In this document: positions 34,261-45,900 of the stretch, piece by piece
How the letters are laid out: every line of letters starts with the position of its first letter
How positions within the stretch are numbered: position 1 is the first letter of the stretch
Assembly (NCBI GenBank): GCA_030390025.1
Contig: CM059432.1
Span: forward strand, 17,052,001 to 17,116,000
Direction: 5' to 3'
From: Squalus acanthias
Taxonomy: Eukaryota
DNA length: 64,000 nt
Translations under genes and position numbers: made by a program
Notes under the pieces: model-generated
What the model was told of the DNA's origin: nothing
Database searches by the model: none
The model's input: only the letters and a program-made list of their open reading frames with translations

Positions 34261-34677
34261 CACTGTGAAAAAAGTGTGTGTGTGTGCGTCTCTAAAGAAC
34301 AATTGGAAGTAGTAATATGGCTTTATTTCCTCTTTGCATCCTCCTAGGCATAGGACATTGGTTAAATTATATGTTATGCTAGCTGTCACAGCTAAGATTG
34401 GGAAATTCAGCACAGTGATTGAACTTAAGATTGGTTTGTATGGTTCTGCAGCATGCACCTTGTGTAACCACTTCTCATCTAAATAGTATGACATTTCCAC
34501 TTCTGCTTCAACTGACCTTTTTGAAATGCTTTCTTTTTAGCAGAGGAGCAGAGAAAGGGTGGGTGAGTGACAAATAATATAGCTCTAACCTTTAATTGGC
34601 TATACTTGTGGCTCCTTGCTTAATATATTTGGAACAGCCTTCCCATTTTAGCCTCTGCATAGGCAACATATGTCACT

Positions 34678-35416
34678 AATACAAAAAGCAAAAAACTGCA
34701 GATGCTGGAAATCTGAAATAAAAACAGAAAATGCTGGAAATACTCAGCAAGTCAGGCAGCATCTGTGGAGAGAGAAACAGAGTTAACGTTTCAGGTCGAT
34801 GACCCTTCGTCAGAACTGGAAAAAGTTGGAGATGGAACAGGTTTTTAAGCAAGTGTAGGGGCAGGAAAAGGGGGGAGGGGAGGAAAGAACAAAAGGGAAG
34901 GTCTGTGATAGGATGAAAGGCAGGAGAGATTAAGAGACAAAAGGGTTGATGGTGCAAGGCAAAAGGAGATGGTAATGGGACAAGTTAAGAAACAAAAGAT
35001 GACTCTAGATGAAGTGTAAATGGCAATGGCAGAATGATCGGCAGCTGCTGTGTGAGAGAGAGAGAAAAATAAATGATAGGGGCAGAGGTTATGGTCTGAA
35101 ATTGTTGAACTCGATGTTGAGTCCAGAAGGCTGTAAAGTGCCTAATTGAAAGATGAGGTGCTGTTCCTCGAGTTTACGTTGAGCTTCATTGGAACAGTGT
35201 AAGAGGCCTAGGACGGAGAGGTCAGAGTGGGAGTGGAGTGGAGAATTGAAGTGACAGGCAACCGGAAGCTCGGGGTCACCCTTACGGACTGAACGGAGGT
35301 GTTCCGCAAAGCGATCACTCAAACAGCGATTTACTTGTACTTCTTGCAATTTAGTATACTGTATTTGCTGCTCACGATGCGGTCTCCTCTACATTGGGGA
35401 GACCAAACGCAGATTG
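34678..35416 (-). mobile_element. Penelope-like element fragment, same family as 5962-6637, with inverted 5' segment (~35320-35416 on +)
   Basis: Minus: DRFAEHLRSV...GTLQPSGLNIEF. Plus: KQRFTCTSCNLVYCICCSRCGLLYIGETKRRL (GIY-YIG N-terminal half). Confidence 0.88.
34781..34817 (-). ncRNA. Minimal hammerhead ribozyme motif (PLE-associated)
   Basis: Minus strand AGUU-CUGACGA-AGGGUC-AUC-GACCU-GAAA-CG-UU-AACU. Confidence 0.8.
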
Positions 35417-35625
35417 TGGCAGCAAGTGGTGATGACCTGGAAGTCGCTGCCGACAGAAGTGGTGGAAGCGGAGACACTCAATGTTTTCAACGGGAGATTG
35501 GATAGGCACTTGCAGGGCTACGGGGATAGAGCGGGGGAATGGGACTGACTGGATTGCTCTACAGAGAGCCGGCACGGACTCGATGGGCTGAATAGCCTCC
35601 TTCTGTGCCGTTATGACTCTATGAC
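35417..35625 (+). mobile_element. CR1 3' end fragment
   Basis: Similar to 30030-30237; tail ATGACTCTATGACT. Confidence 0.75.
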
Positions 35626-36048
35626 TTGCATTTATATAGCGCCTTTCACGACCTCAAGATGTCCCAAAGCGCTTTACAGCCAATAAAGTACTTTTGAAGT
35701 GTAGTCATTGTTGTTAGGTAGGAAATGTGGCAGCCAATTTGTGCACAGCAAGGTCCCACAAACAGCAATATGATAATGACCAGATAATCTGTTTTAGTGA
35801 TGTTGATTGAGGGATAACTCTCCTGCTTTGATATAGTGCCATGGGATCTTTTACGTCCACTTGAGAGAGCAGACGGAGCCTTGGTTTAACATCTCATCCG
35901 AAAGACGGCACCTTTGACAGTGTAGCACTCCCTCAGTATTGCACGGGAGCGGCAGCCAAAATTTTTGCGCTCAAGTCTCTGGAGTGGGACTTGAACCCAC
36001 AAACTTCTGACTCAAGCGCGAGTGCTACCCACTGAGCCACAGCTGACA
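35624..36048 (-). mobile_element. DeuSINE-like SINE copy
   Basis: Closely similar to 24744-25213, with a small internal deletion. Confidence 0.85.
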
Positions 36049-36103
36049 CCACAAACTAAGCCAACATCAGTATGGCTTTGCTGTGTTGTTCCGCATCATG
36101 TGA

Positions 36104-37067
36104 TGGAAAGAGGAGTGTTTCACAAGCTTCACTCAAGTACAAGATGGCCCCCTTCAACTTTAAGTGGTCCCACTCCTTCAGCTATCCTTTTACCTCTCCT
36201 GTGCTTTCTGCTTCTCTTTTATATTGGCTGCCTGTTTTATTCCATACTCCTTTGTAGCCTTGCTCATCTTTTTTGCTTAGTTTCTATATGCTTTTTATAT
36301 TTCTTATAGTTTTCTTCCATGGTTTTTAAACTTTTTTTTGCTCTAACTTTTCTGTTTATCCATGGAACTTCTGCCATTGACGCACTCTCTTTGCTCAACC
36401 TGCATCTTATTCATGATGCATTTAAATATCTCCTACTGATGGTCCACTGTTTGATCTGCCATTTTTTCTGACTGGTTAATCTGGACTCAGTCCCCTTTCA
36501 TTCTCCAAAAATAAACCATTTCCAACCCTTTGCCTTTACGTAGGATGTGTGTACATATCTACTTCTATCTATTGTATGATTAGCAAAATAAAAGTTGAGC
36601 AATAATTCTGATTCCATTCCCAACTCTGTTTCATGACCCTCACTAGCCTTGTTTGAATGCTTACCTTGCTTGGCTGTACGCTTTCAGGCTGGAACTAAGC
36701 TTCACCCAAATGTGAACCCGATTTTCACTTTTTTTCATAAAATCAAAGCACCCAATTTGATGCAAATGAAAAATTGCTAAAAATAAACACCAATGTCCAA
36801 GAAATAGTCCCAGATATATTATCACAATCAACTAGCTTGATATTTTAGGTTTTTGATTGGCGTCCCAATGTCTTCAGATGTGCAATTTTTTAAAGTCTGG
36901 CTGTTATGGTGACTTTACACCAACACTTTTGGCTTTTGATTTGAGTGGTTCATATCCAGTCGTTATTTTTCAGTTATTATATGCAAATTTTGATGAGCAC
37001 TTGTGAGAAACTACATCAATATGTGATCTTGTACTTGAGTGAAGCTTGTGAAACATCCCTCTTCCCA
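36104..37067. repeat. Inverted-repeat-bounded AT-rich segment (perfect 30-bp IR at 36116-36145 / 37026-37055)
   Basis: TGTTTCACAAGCTTCACTCAAGTACAAGAT and its exact reverse complement, with ~12 bp of imperfect outward extension. Confidence 0.75.
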
Positions 37068-37263
37068 CGAAGGCACAATTTGGTGGAATGGAAAATCATT
37101 TCCAAGTCTATTTACAATTGGTGTTGGAAATGTAAAACAGTCACATGATTTAATCAGCATTAAAAAGAAATAGAGGCAATGTAACCTGAGACCATGCTAC
37201 CTTACCTTTCCATGTGATAGTACCAAGGGTTGTGGATAGAATTCCCTTCTTTATGTACATTTT

Positions 37264-37965
37264 GGGCCAAAAATTCGGCACTTGCTGGGTGAGTACGCAC
37301 TGTGTACTCACCCGTAAGGCCTCCTGAAGTGCCGGTTTCCTGCATACACGTGCCAGGAGAGGCTGCGCACATGCAGCAAACTTAGGTTTTTTTTCAGGTT
37401 TCTCCGGGAGGGTAAGTATTGAAGAGGCTGCACTTTTAAAAAGGAGGCGCAAGACCCGTTTTCAACAAGGTTAATTAAAGTGGTTAATTAATTACAATTT
37501 AAAAATTTTTTCAACAGGTTTATCTTTTTTAGATACTTTAAAGAAAGGTAAGTTTATTTTTAGCACTGTTAAAAAGTATTTTAATTTTTTCAAATTAAAA
37601 TTTTGTTTAAAGTAGTTAATTTATTTAACTTATAGTTATTTTAAAAATGTGATGGTTTTAAAAAAATGTATTTGAAGTTTAGGTGTTGTTTTGGGGCCGA
37701 TTTCAATTCATAGATTTGACAGGTCCTGTCAAATCTATGAATGAAAGATGGTCTGCTGCCATTGGCTCTCCATGGCCCACGTGATCCCAGGGGATGCATC
37801 GCACTAACTACGCCCCTGGGACACGCAAGCACTGCGCGCCGACAGTTGGGGGAAGCCCAGGAGCTGAAGTCCCCGTGGGCCCAGAGGTCAGCGGCAGGCG
37901 CGGTCGGTAGGTGCGTGCGGGATCCTTGCACCCACAGGAAGCCAGGGAGCCTAATTTCTGGGCCT
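37264..37965. mobile_element. Non-autonomous DNA transposon (MITE; GGGCC termini, probably Harbinger/PIF type)
   Basis: Imperfect TIRs GGGCCAAAAATTCGGC / GCCTAATTTCTGGGCC; internal hairpins; second copy in opposite orientation at 46076-46842. Confidence 0.8.
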
Positions 37966-39577
37966 TTATGCAAAGTGAATGTAATATATGGTTATTTCAG
38001 TTTTTAAAGATGCAGATAGATATTCTTTTGAGTTTTTAAACTCTTGGACAAGTTTGCAGCTCCAGTGCTAGAAATGTATGCAAATATTGTACTTTTTTGC
38101 TGCTAGTCTTGTGCTTGACTACCATCTCTATTGTGCACAAAAAAGAGTAACCCCTCCCTCCTGTTGGAACTATCAAATTGTAGGCATATTTTATTTTGGG
38201 TCACTGATTCCAAATTATTTACGACGCTGCTGGAAATGTGCTTCCAATGCATGTTGGATCCATTTATACAGACTTAATTATGGTGGAAATATCTCATTAA
38301 TAATGGAAGGAAGTTTAGTATGTTGTACTTTTAATGGGAAGCACCTGGCTTCTCAGTCTAGACATTACAAGACATTTCACAGGTTGAGGTGTGTGTGTGT
38401 TTGGGAGGGAGCAGGTGCAAAGGCATTGGCCCTGATATTAACCTGGAGATTGGAACGGAGCATGGGGGGACGGTAACAGGTGATGGGGAAGCCTGGCCAA
38501 TTTTAACGGACGTCCGTGAGTATAATGCCCACCCGCTCGAGGCAATTTCCCAGCGCCTACTTCATGGTCCAGTGCTGCTCTGGAAGAGAGGTAGAGAGTT
38601 GGGAGGTATTTTGAAGGAAGCAGACAAGAACATGATGGATGAAATGTCTGCATAGAGAGGGAAGATCTCTCTATGATTTAGTGATGCTTTCCTGGATGTT
38701 CTGCTGGGTGCTGTAAGGGCCAGGAGAAATGTTCAATTCCCCACAAGTGGTAAGAAAAAAACAGCTGCCACAACATGAGTAGAGGTGGCTGAAGAAGTTA
38801 GTAGCAGGAGTGTAAAGATGAAGTTGTGGTTACAGTGTTAACCATTTCCATGACCTGACTAGGTCAGAAATGGTCAGCAAACAGTAATATTTATCCAACT
38901 CCTGCACAGCACCCCCTCTATTCTCTCTTGTCAATTCTACACCATTCACAGCACTCCTCACCCCATCACTTTCTTCAGCGGTTCGATGCACCTCCTCTCC
39001 TCCTCACTCCCGTAACATGCGCGCTTCCTACTTCCTCTACTGCCAGTAACCCCAATCCTCATCTCATTTGATCTGACCTGCTCGACCTCCACCCACTCTC
39101 ATTACACATCCTGAAATGGCACTGTGGCCACTTGCTTCAATTGAATGCCATTCCCACTTCTTTTACGTCTGCCTGATTCTCACCTTCACTATATGCACTA
39201 CATCCGTAGGATGCACACATTCTTGAGAGCTACTCGTAAGTCTCTTGTACCCACTTTGCAGGAGAAGAGAGCGCAGAGTGCCAGGACCGGTGGAGGACCT
39301 CAGGAGATAGCAGAAGTGACCCTGGCAGAGGAGAAGGCACTTGAGATAAGTGGCACCTTGAGCATCGGAGATGGCGAAGTTGGTGGACCACCAGAGTAGG
39401 GGTTCCGACCCGCATCTTCCATGAAAGAACTTCACCTTCAGTAGACTTAAGAACATCAACAACTCTGGTCAAGTGATTCATATGCATATCAACATTTTCA
39501 AAGTACCATCACTAAATCTTAGCCATTTCTTCTCTGCACCAATGCCATCACACAAAGAACATGAGCCCCTGCCCGCA

Positions 39578-42143
39578 GAAACATAGAAACATAGAAGATA
39601 GGAGCAGGAGTAGGCCATTCGGCCCCTCGAGCCTGCTCCGCCATTCAATGCGATCATGGCTGATCATCCAAATTCAGTACCCTGTCCCTGCTTTCTCCCC
39701 ATATCCCTTGATCCCCTTAGCCTTAAGAAATATATCTAACTCCTTCTTGAATATATTTAATGAGTTGGCCTCAACTTCCTTCTGTGTTAGAGAATTCCAC
39801 AGGTTCACCACTCTCTGGGTGAAGAAATTCTTCCTCATCTCAGTCCTAAATGGCTTACCCCTTATCCTTAGATGGTGACCCCTGGTTCTGGACTCCCCCG
39901 CCAATGGGAACATCCTTCCTGCGTCTAGTCCTGTTAGAATTTTATAAGTTTCAATGAGATCCCCGCTCATTCTTCTAAACTCTAGTGAATATAAGCCTAA
40001 TCGACCCAATTTCTCTTCATACGTCATTCCTGCCATCACAGGTATCAGTCTGGTGAATCTTCGCTGCACTCCCTCCATGGCAAGAACATCCTTCCTCAGA
40101 TAAGGTGACAAAACTGCACACAATACTCAAGGTGTGGTCTCACCAAGGCCCTGTACAACTGCTCGAATCCTCTCGCTATGAAGGCCAACATACCATTTGC
40201 CTTCTTAACCGCCTGCTGCACCTGCATGCTTACCTTCAGTGACTGGTGCACAACGACACCCAGGTCTCGTTGCACTTCCTCTTTTCCCAATCTGTTGCCG
40301 TTCAGATAATAATCTGCCTTCCTGTTTTCGCATTTATCCACATTGGGCAGATGCATGGCAGATGCAGTATAATCACCCAACCTGTCCAAATCATACTGGA
40401 GTTTCTCTGCATCCTCCTCACAGCACACACGCCCACCCAGCTTTGTGTCGTCTGCAAACTTGGAGATATTACATCTAGTTCCCTCGTCTAGATCATTAAT
40501 ATATACAGGAAACTGTTTGGTATCCGGCACCGACGGGACCGGCGTGGTGCCGGTTGATCAAAAGTTCCGGATAACGGAGAGTTATATCTACCGAGGCTAT
40601 TTTTAACAAACAAAAATCAGACTCCTGTTACTGCCGTGTTCGGACTTCCGACAGTGCCAGGAGGCCGAGTAGTGGCACTTTGGAGAACTACCCCCACTGA
40701 CTAACTCGGCGTTCGCGGGAGACTCGGACTCGGCAACATTGCCGGTTATTTGAGAGGAGTTTTCGGAGTACTCGGCGTTCGCGGGAGACTCGGACTCGGA
40801 CTCGGCAACATTGCCGGTTATTTGAGAGGAGTTTTCGGAGTATGATTTTTGCCGGTTAAGAGAGAATATTTAGGTGCCGGTTAAACAAGAGTTTCCTGTA
40901 ATGTGAATAGCTGGGGTCCTAGCACTGATCCCTGCGGTACCCCACTAGTCACTGCCTGCCACTCGGAAAAAGACCCGTTTATTCCAACTCTTTGCTTCCT
41001 GTCTGCCAACCAGTTTTCTATCCAAGTCAGTACCTTACCCCCAATCCCATGTGCTTTAACTTTGCTTGCTAATCTCTTATGCGGGACCTTATCGAAAGCC
41101 TTCTGAAAGTCCAAATACACCACATCCACTGGTTCTCCCTTATCTATTCTACCAGTTACATCCTCAAAAAATTCCAGTAGATTAGTCAAGCATGATTTAC
41201 CTTTTGTAAATCCATGTTGACTTTGTCCGATCCTGTCACTGTTTTCCAAGTGCTCTGCTATTACATCTTTTATAATGGACTCTAGCATTTTCCCCACTAC
41301 CGATGTCAGGCTTACCGGTCTATAATTCCCCATTTTCTCTCTACCACCTTTTTTAAATAGTGGGGTTACATTAGCTACCCTCCAATCCATGGGAACTGTT
41401 CCAGAGTCGATAGAATTTTGGAAGATGACCAGCAATGCATCTACTATTTCTAGGGCCACTTCCTTAAGTACCCTAGGATGTAGATTATCAGGCCCTGGGG
41501 ATTTATCGGCCTTCAATCCCGTCAATTTCCCTAACACCATTTCCCTACAAATACTGATTTCATTCAATTCCTCCCTCTCATTCGACCCTATGTTCCCCGA
41601 CATCTCTGGGAGGTTATTTGTGTCCTCCTTTGTGAAAACAGAACCAAAGTATGTATTTAATTGGGCTGCCATTTCTTTGTTCCCCATTATAAATTCCCCT
41701 GATTCTGACTGCAAGGGACCTACGCTTGACTTCACCAATCTTTTTCTCTTCACATATCTATAGAAGCTTTTACAGTCAGTTTTTATGTTCCCTGCAAGCT
41801 TACTCTCATACTCTATTTCCCCCCTCTTAATTAATCCCTTTGTCCTCCTTTGCTGAATCCTAAACTGCTCCCAATCCTCAGGTTTGCTGCTTTTTCAGGC
41901 CAATTTATATGTCCTCTCCTTGGATCTTATGCTATCCCAAATTTCCCTTGTTAGCCACGGTTGAGTCACCTTTTTTGTTTTATTTTTATGCCAAACAGGG
42001 ATGAACAAATTCTGTAGTTCATCCATGCGATCTTTAAATGTTTGCCATTGCCTATCCATTGTCAACCCTTTAAGTAACATTCCCCAGTCCATCCTAGCCA
42101 ACTCACGCCTCATACCATCGTAGTTTCCTTTATTTAAATTCAG
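39578..42143 (-). mobile_element. 5'-truncated CR1 nested in the Harbinger
   Basis: ORFs 39674-40123, 40096-40530, 40881-41753 and part of 41895-42203; AAACATAG-repeat tail at 39578; closely related to 61049-64000. Confidence 0.92.
40506..40898. mobile_element. 393-bp non-autonomous Tc1/mariner (pogo/Tigger-like) element inside the CR1 RT
   Basis: TA on both sides (40504-40505, 40899-40900); imperfect 26-bp TIRs CAGGAAACT...CCGGCACC; ~66-bp internal tandem duplication; CR1 sequence is continuous when it is removed. Confidence 0.85.
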
Positions 42144-42976
42144 AGTACGAAGACTCCTCAGAGGAAATCGTACCTGCTGAGGACACACCGTTACAGGATA
42201 CATGCATTGCAGGCACCAGCGCAGATACTAACACATCGGTTGGGACTTTCAGTCGGGTAGATGGGCCGGCACCTGGTGACTCTCATGGCACAAATGAGAA
42301 GGAGCAGGCAGTGGTGGCAAGGACAGCAGAGGAGAGTACGTGCAGATGGCGCCATCCTCTCCAAGCACTGCTCAACAGGACAGAGATGCAGAACCCCTGG
42401 GGGCCAGCAAGGAAAAGAAGAATGCAGTTGTGTGAGGTATTGGTATTCCTGCCTGACACACTGTCCACTATGGAAGAGAAGATGGAGGAGTTCATTTCCA
42501 CCATATGTGGGGTGATGTCGCAGGATTTTTTAACTCTGCAATGTACTATGGAGTGTGTGGCCACCTCCATGGAAATTGCAGCCAGGTGCTCACATGAGCC
42601 ACTGCTACCAGCCATTGTAGCTTGCTTACGGCCACTGTGCACACTCTGGGAATGAATATTTGTTCTAGAATGGATACATTGGTGGACATAGTAGATCGGG
42701 TCTTCTAAGGCATTGCTGATCTTCTCCAGTCTGTTTTCCCGCAGATGTGTAGGACTGATGTGCCGCTGCGTCAGGAGAGGTAGAATGGGCAAAGCAAATG
42801 CAGACCTTTTCTCAGCACGTCTTGGCCATTGCCACGCCCTCAACCAGTACCTGACGTGGTTGGTCAGGGATGCCCTGATAGGCACGTGTGTGCAGCCTAT
42901 GGCACCCTGCACTTGTGGGAAGCCAGCCAGAGCTTCAAACCCCAATGCTTTCTCAATCTGACTGTTGTCATCAACT

Positions 42977-45900
42977 TTTCTTTTTATTCGTTTATGGGAT
43001 GTTAGTGTTGCTGGCAAGGCCAGCATTTATTGCCCATCCCTAATTGCCCTTGAAAAGGTGGTGGTGAGCCGCCTTCTTGAACAGCTGCAGTCCGTGTGGT
43101 GAAGGTACTCCCACAGAGCTGTGAAGACGGGACTTCGTCTCCACAATGACTGTACGGTGGTCACTGCTACCAATACTGTCATGGACAGATGCATCTGCGA
43201 CAGGTAGATCGCAGCTGGGTCAAATTCCTGGAACTCCCTACCTAACAGCGACGCTCACATCCCACAAACAAATAAAAAAAAAAGGTAGGGAGTTCCAGGA
43301 TTTTGACCCAGTGGCGATGAAGGATCGGCGATATACTTCTAAGTCAGGATGTTGTGTGACTTGGAGGGAAACTTGGATGTGGTGGTGTTCCCATGCGCCT
43401 GCTGCCCTTGTTCTTCTAGGTGGAAGAGGTCGTGGGTTTGGGAGGTGCTGCCGAAGAAGCCTTGGCGAGTTGCTGCAGTGCATCTTGTAGATGGTACACA
43501 CTGCAGCCACGGTACGCCGGTGGTGGAGGAAGTGAATGTTTAAGGTGGTGGATGGGGTGCCAATCAAGCGGGCTGCTTTGTCCTGGATGGCGTCGAGCTT
43601 CTTGAGTGTTGTTGGAGCTGCACTCATCCAGGCAAGTGGAGAGTATTCCATCACATTCCTTACTTGAGCCTTGTAGATGGTGGAAAGGCTTTGGGGAGTC
43701 AGGAGGTGAGACACTCTCCGCAGAATACCTAGCCTCTGACCTGCTCTTGTTGCCACAGTATTTATGTGGCTGGTCCAGTTAAGGTTCTGATTAATGGTGA
43801 CCCCCCCAGGATGTTGATAGTGGGGGATTCGGCGACGGTAATGCCGTTGAATGTCAAGGGGCGGTGGTTAGACTCTCGCTTGTTGACACTTCTGTGGTGC
43901 GAATGTTACCTGCCACTTATCAGCCCAAGCCTTAATGTTGTCCAGGTCTTGTTGCATGCATTCATTGACTGCTTCTTTATCTGAGAAGTTGTGAATGGCA
44001 CTGAACACTGTGCAGTCATCAGTGAACATTCCCAATTTCTCACCTTATGTTGGAGGGAAGGTCATTGATGAAGCAGCTGAAGATGGTTGGGCCTAGGACA
44101 CTGCCCTGAGGAACTCCTGCAGCGATGTCCTGGGGCTGTGATGATTGACCTTCAACCACCACAACCATCTTCCTTTGTGCTAGGTATGACTCCAGCCAGT
44201 GGAGAGTTTTCCCCCCAATTCCCATTGATTTCAGTTTTACTAGGGCTGCTTGATGCCACACTCGGTCAAATGCTGCCTTGATGTCTAGGGCTGTTACTCT
44301 CACCTCACCTCTGGAATTCAGCTCCTTTGTCCATGTTCGGACCAAGGCTGTAATGCGGTCGGGAGCCGAGTGGTGTTGGCGGAACCCAAACTGGGCATCA
44401 GTGAGCAGGTTATTGGTGAGTAAGTGCCACTTCATAGCACTGTCTATGACACCTTCCATCACTTTGCTGATGATTGAGAGTAGACTGTTGGGGTGGAAAT
44501 TGGCCGGATTGGATTTGTCCTGCTTTTTGTGGACAGGACATACCTGGGCAGTTTTCCACATTGTCAATAGATGCCAGTGTTGTAGCTGTACTGGAACAGC
44601 TTGGCTAGAGGCGCGGCTAGTTCTGGAGCACAAGTCTTCAGCACGATAGCTGGGATGTTGTCGGGGCCCATAGCTTTTGCTGTATCCAGTGCACTCAGCC
44701 GTTTCTTGATATCACGTGGAGTGAATTGGCTGAAGGCTGGCTTCTGTGATGGTGGGGACCTCAGGAGGAGGCCGATATGGATTATCCACTCGGCACTTCT
44801 GGCTGAAGATGGTTGCAAAGGCTTCAGCCTTGTCTTTTGCACTCACGTGCTGGGCTCCACCATCATTGAGGATGGGAATGTTCATGGAGTCTCCTCCTCC
44901 TGTTAGTTGTTTAATGGTCTACCACCACTCACGACTGGATGTGGCAAGATTGCAAGCTTTGATCTGATCCATTGATTGTGGGATCGCTTAGCCCTGTCTA
45001 TAGCATGCTGCTTCTGATTTTTAGCATGCATGTAGTCCTGTGTTGCTGCTTCTCCAGGTTGGCATCTCATTTTTAGGTATGCCTGGTGCTGCTCCTGGCA
45101 TGCTCTTCTACACTCCTTATTGAACCAGGGTTGGTCCCCTGGCTTGGTGGTAATGGTTGAGTGAGGGATATGCTGGGCCATGAGGTTACAGATTGTGGTG
45201 GAATACAATTCTGCTGCTGCTGTTCGCCCACAGCGCCTCATGGATGCCCAGTTTTGAGCTGCTAGATCTGTTCAGAATCTATTCCATTTAGCACGGTGGT
45301 AGTGCCACACAACACAATGGAAGGTGTCCTCAGTGTGAAGTTGGGACTTCGTCTCCACAATGACTGTGCGGTGGTCACTGCTACCAATACTGTCATGGAC
45401 AGATGCATCTGCAACAGGTAGATTGGTGAGGACGAGGTCAAGTAGGTTTTTCCCTCGTTTTGGTTCTCTCCGCACCTGTCACAGGCCCAGACTGGCAGCT
45501 ATGTCCTTCAGGACTCGGCCAACTCGGTCAGTAGTGGTGCTACCGGGACACTCTTGGTGATGGACATTGAAGTCCCCCACCCAGAGTATATTCTGTGCCC
45601 TTGCTCCTCTCAGTGCTTCTTCCAAGTGGTGTTCAACATGGAGGAGTACTGATTCATTAGCTGAGGGATGGCAATAGGTGGTAATCACCAGGAGGTTTCC
45701 TTGCCCATGCTTGACCTGAAGCCATGACACTTCATGGGGTCCAGAGTCAATGTTGAGGACTCCCAGGGCCACTCCTTCCCGACTGTATACTACTGTGTCG
45801 CCACCCCAGGTGGGTCTGTCCTGCTGGTGGGACAGGACATACCCAGGGATGGTGATGGAGGAGTTTGGGACATTGGCTGAAAGGTATGATTCTGTGAGTA

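Noticed and set aside
40704..40841. Direct repeats resembling a CRISPR-like array
   Set aside because: Only a two-unit tandem duplication without unique spacers, inside a TA-flanked MITE in eukaryotic DNA.
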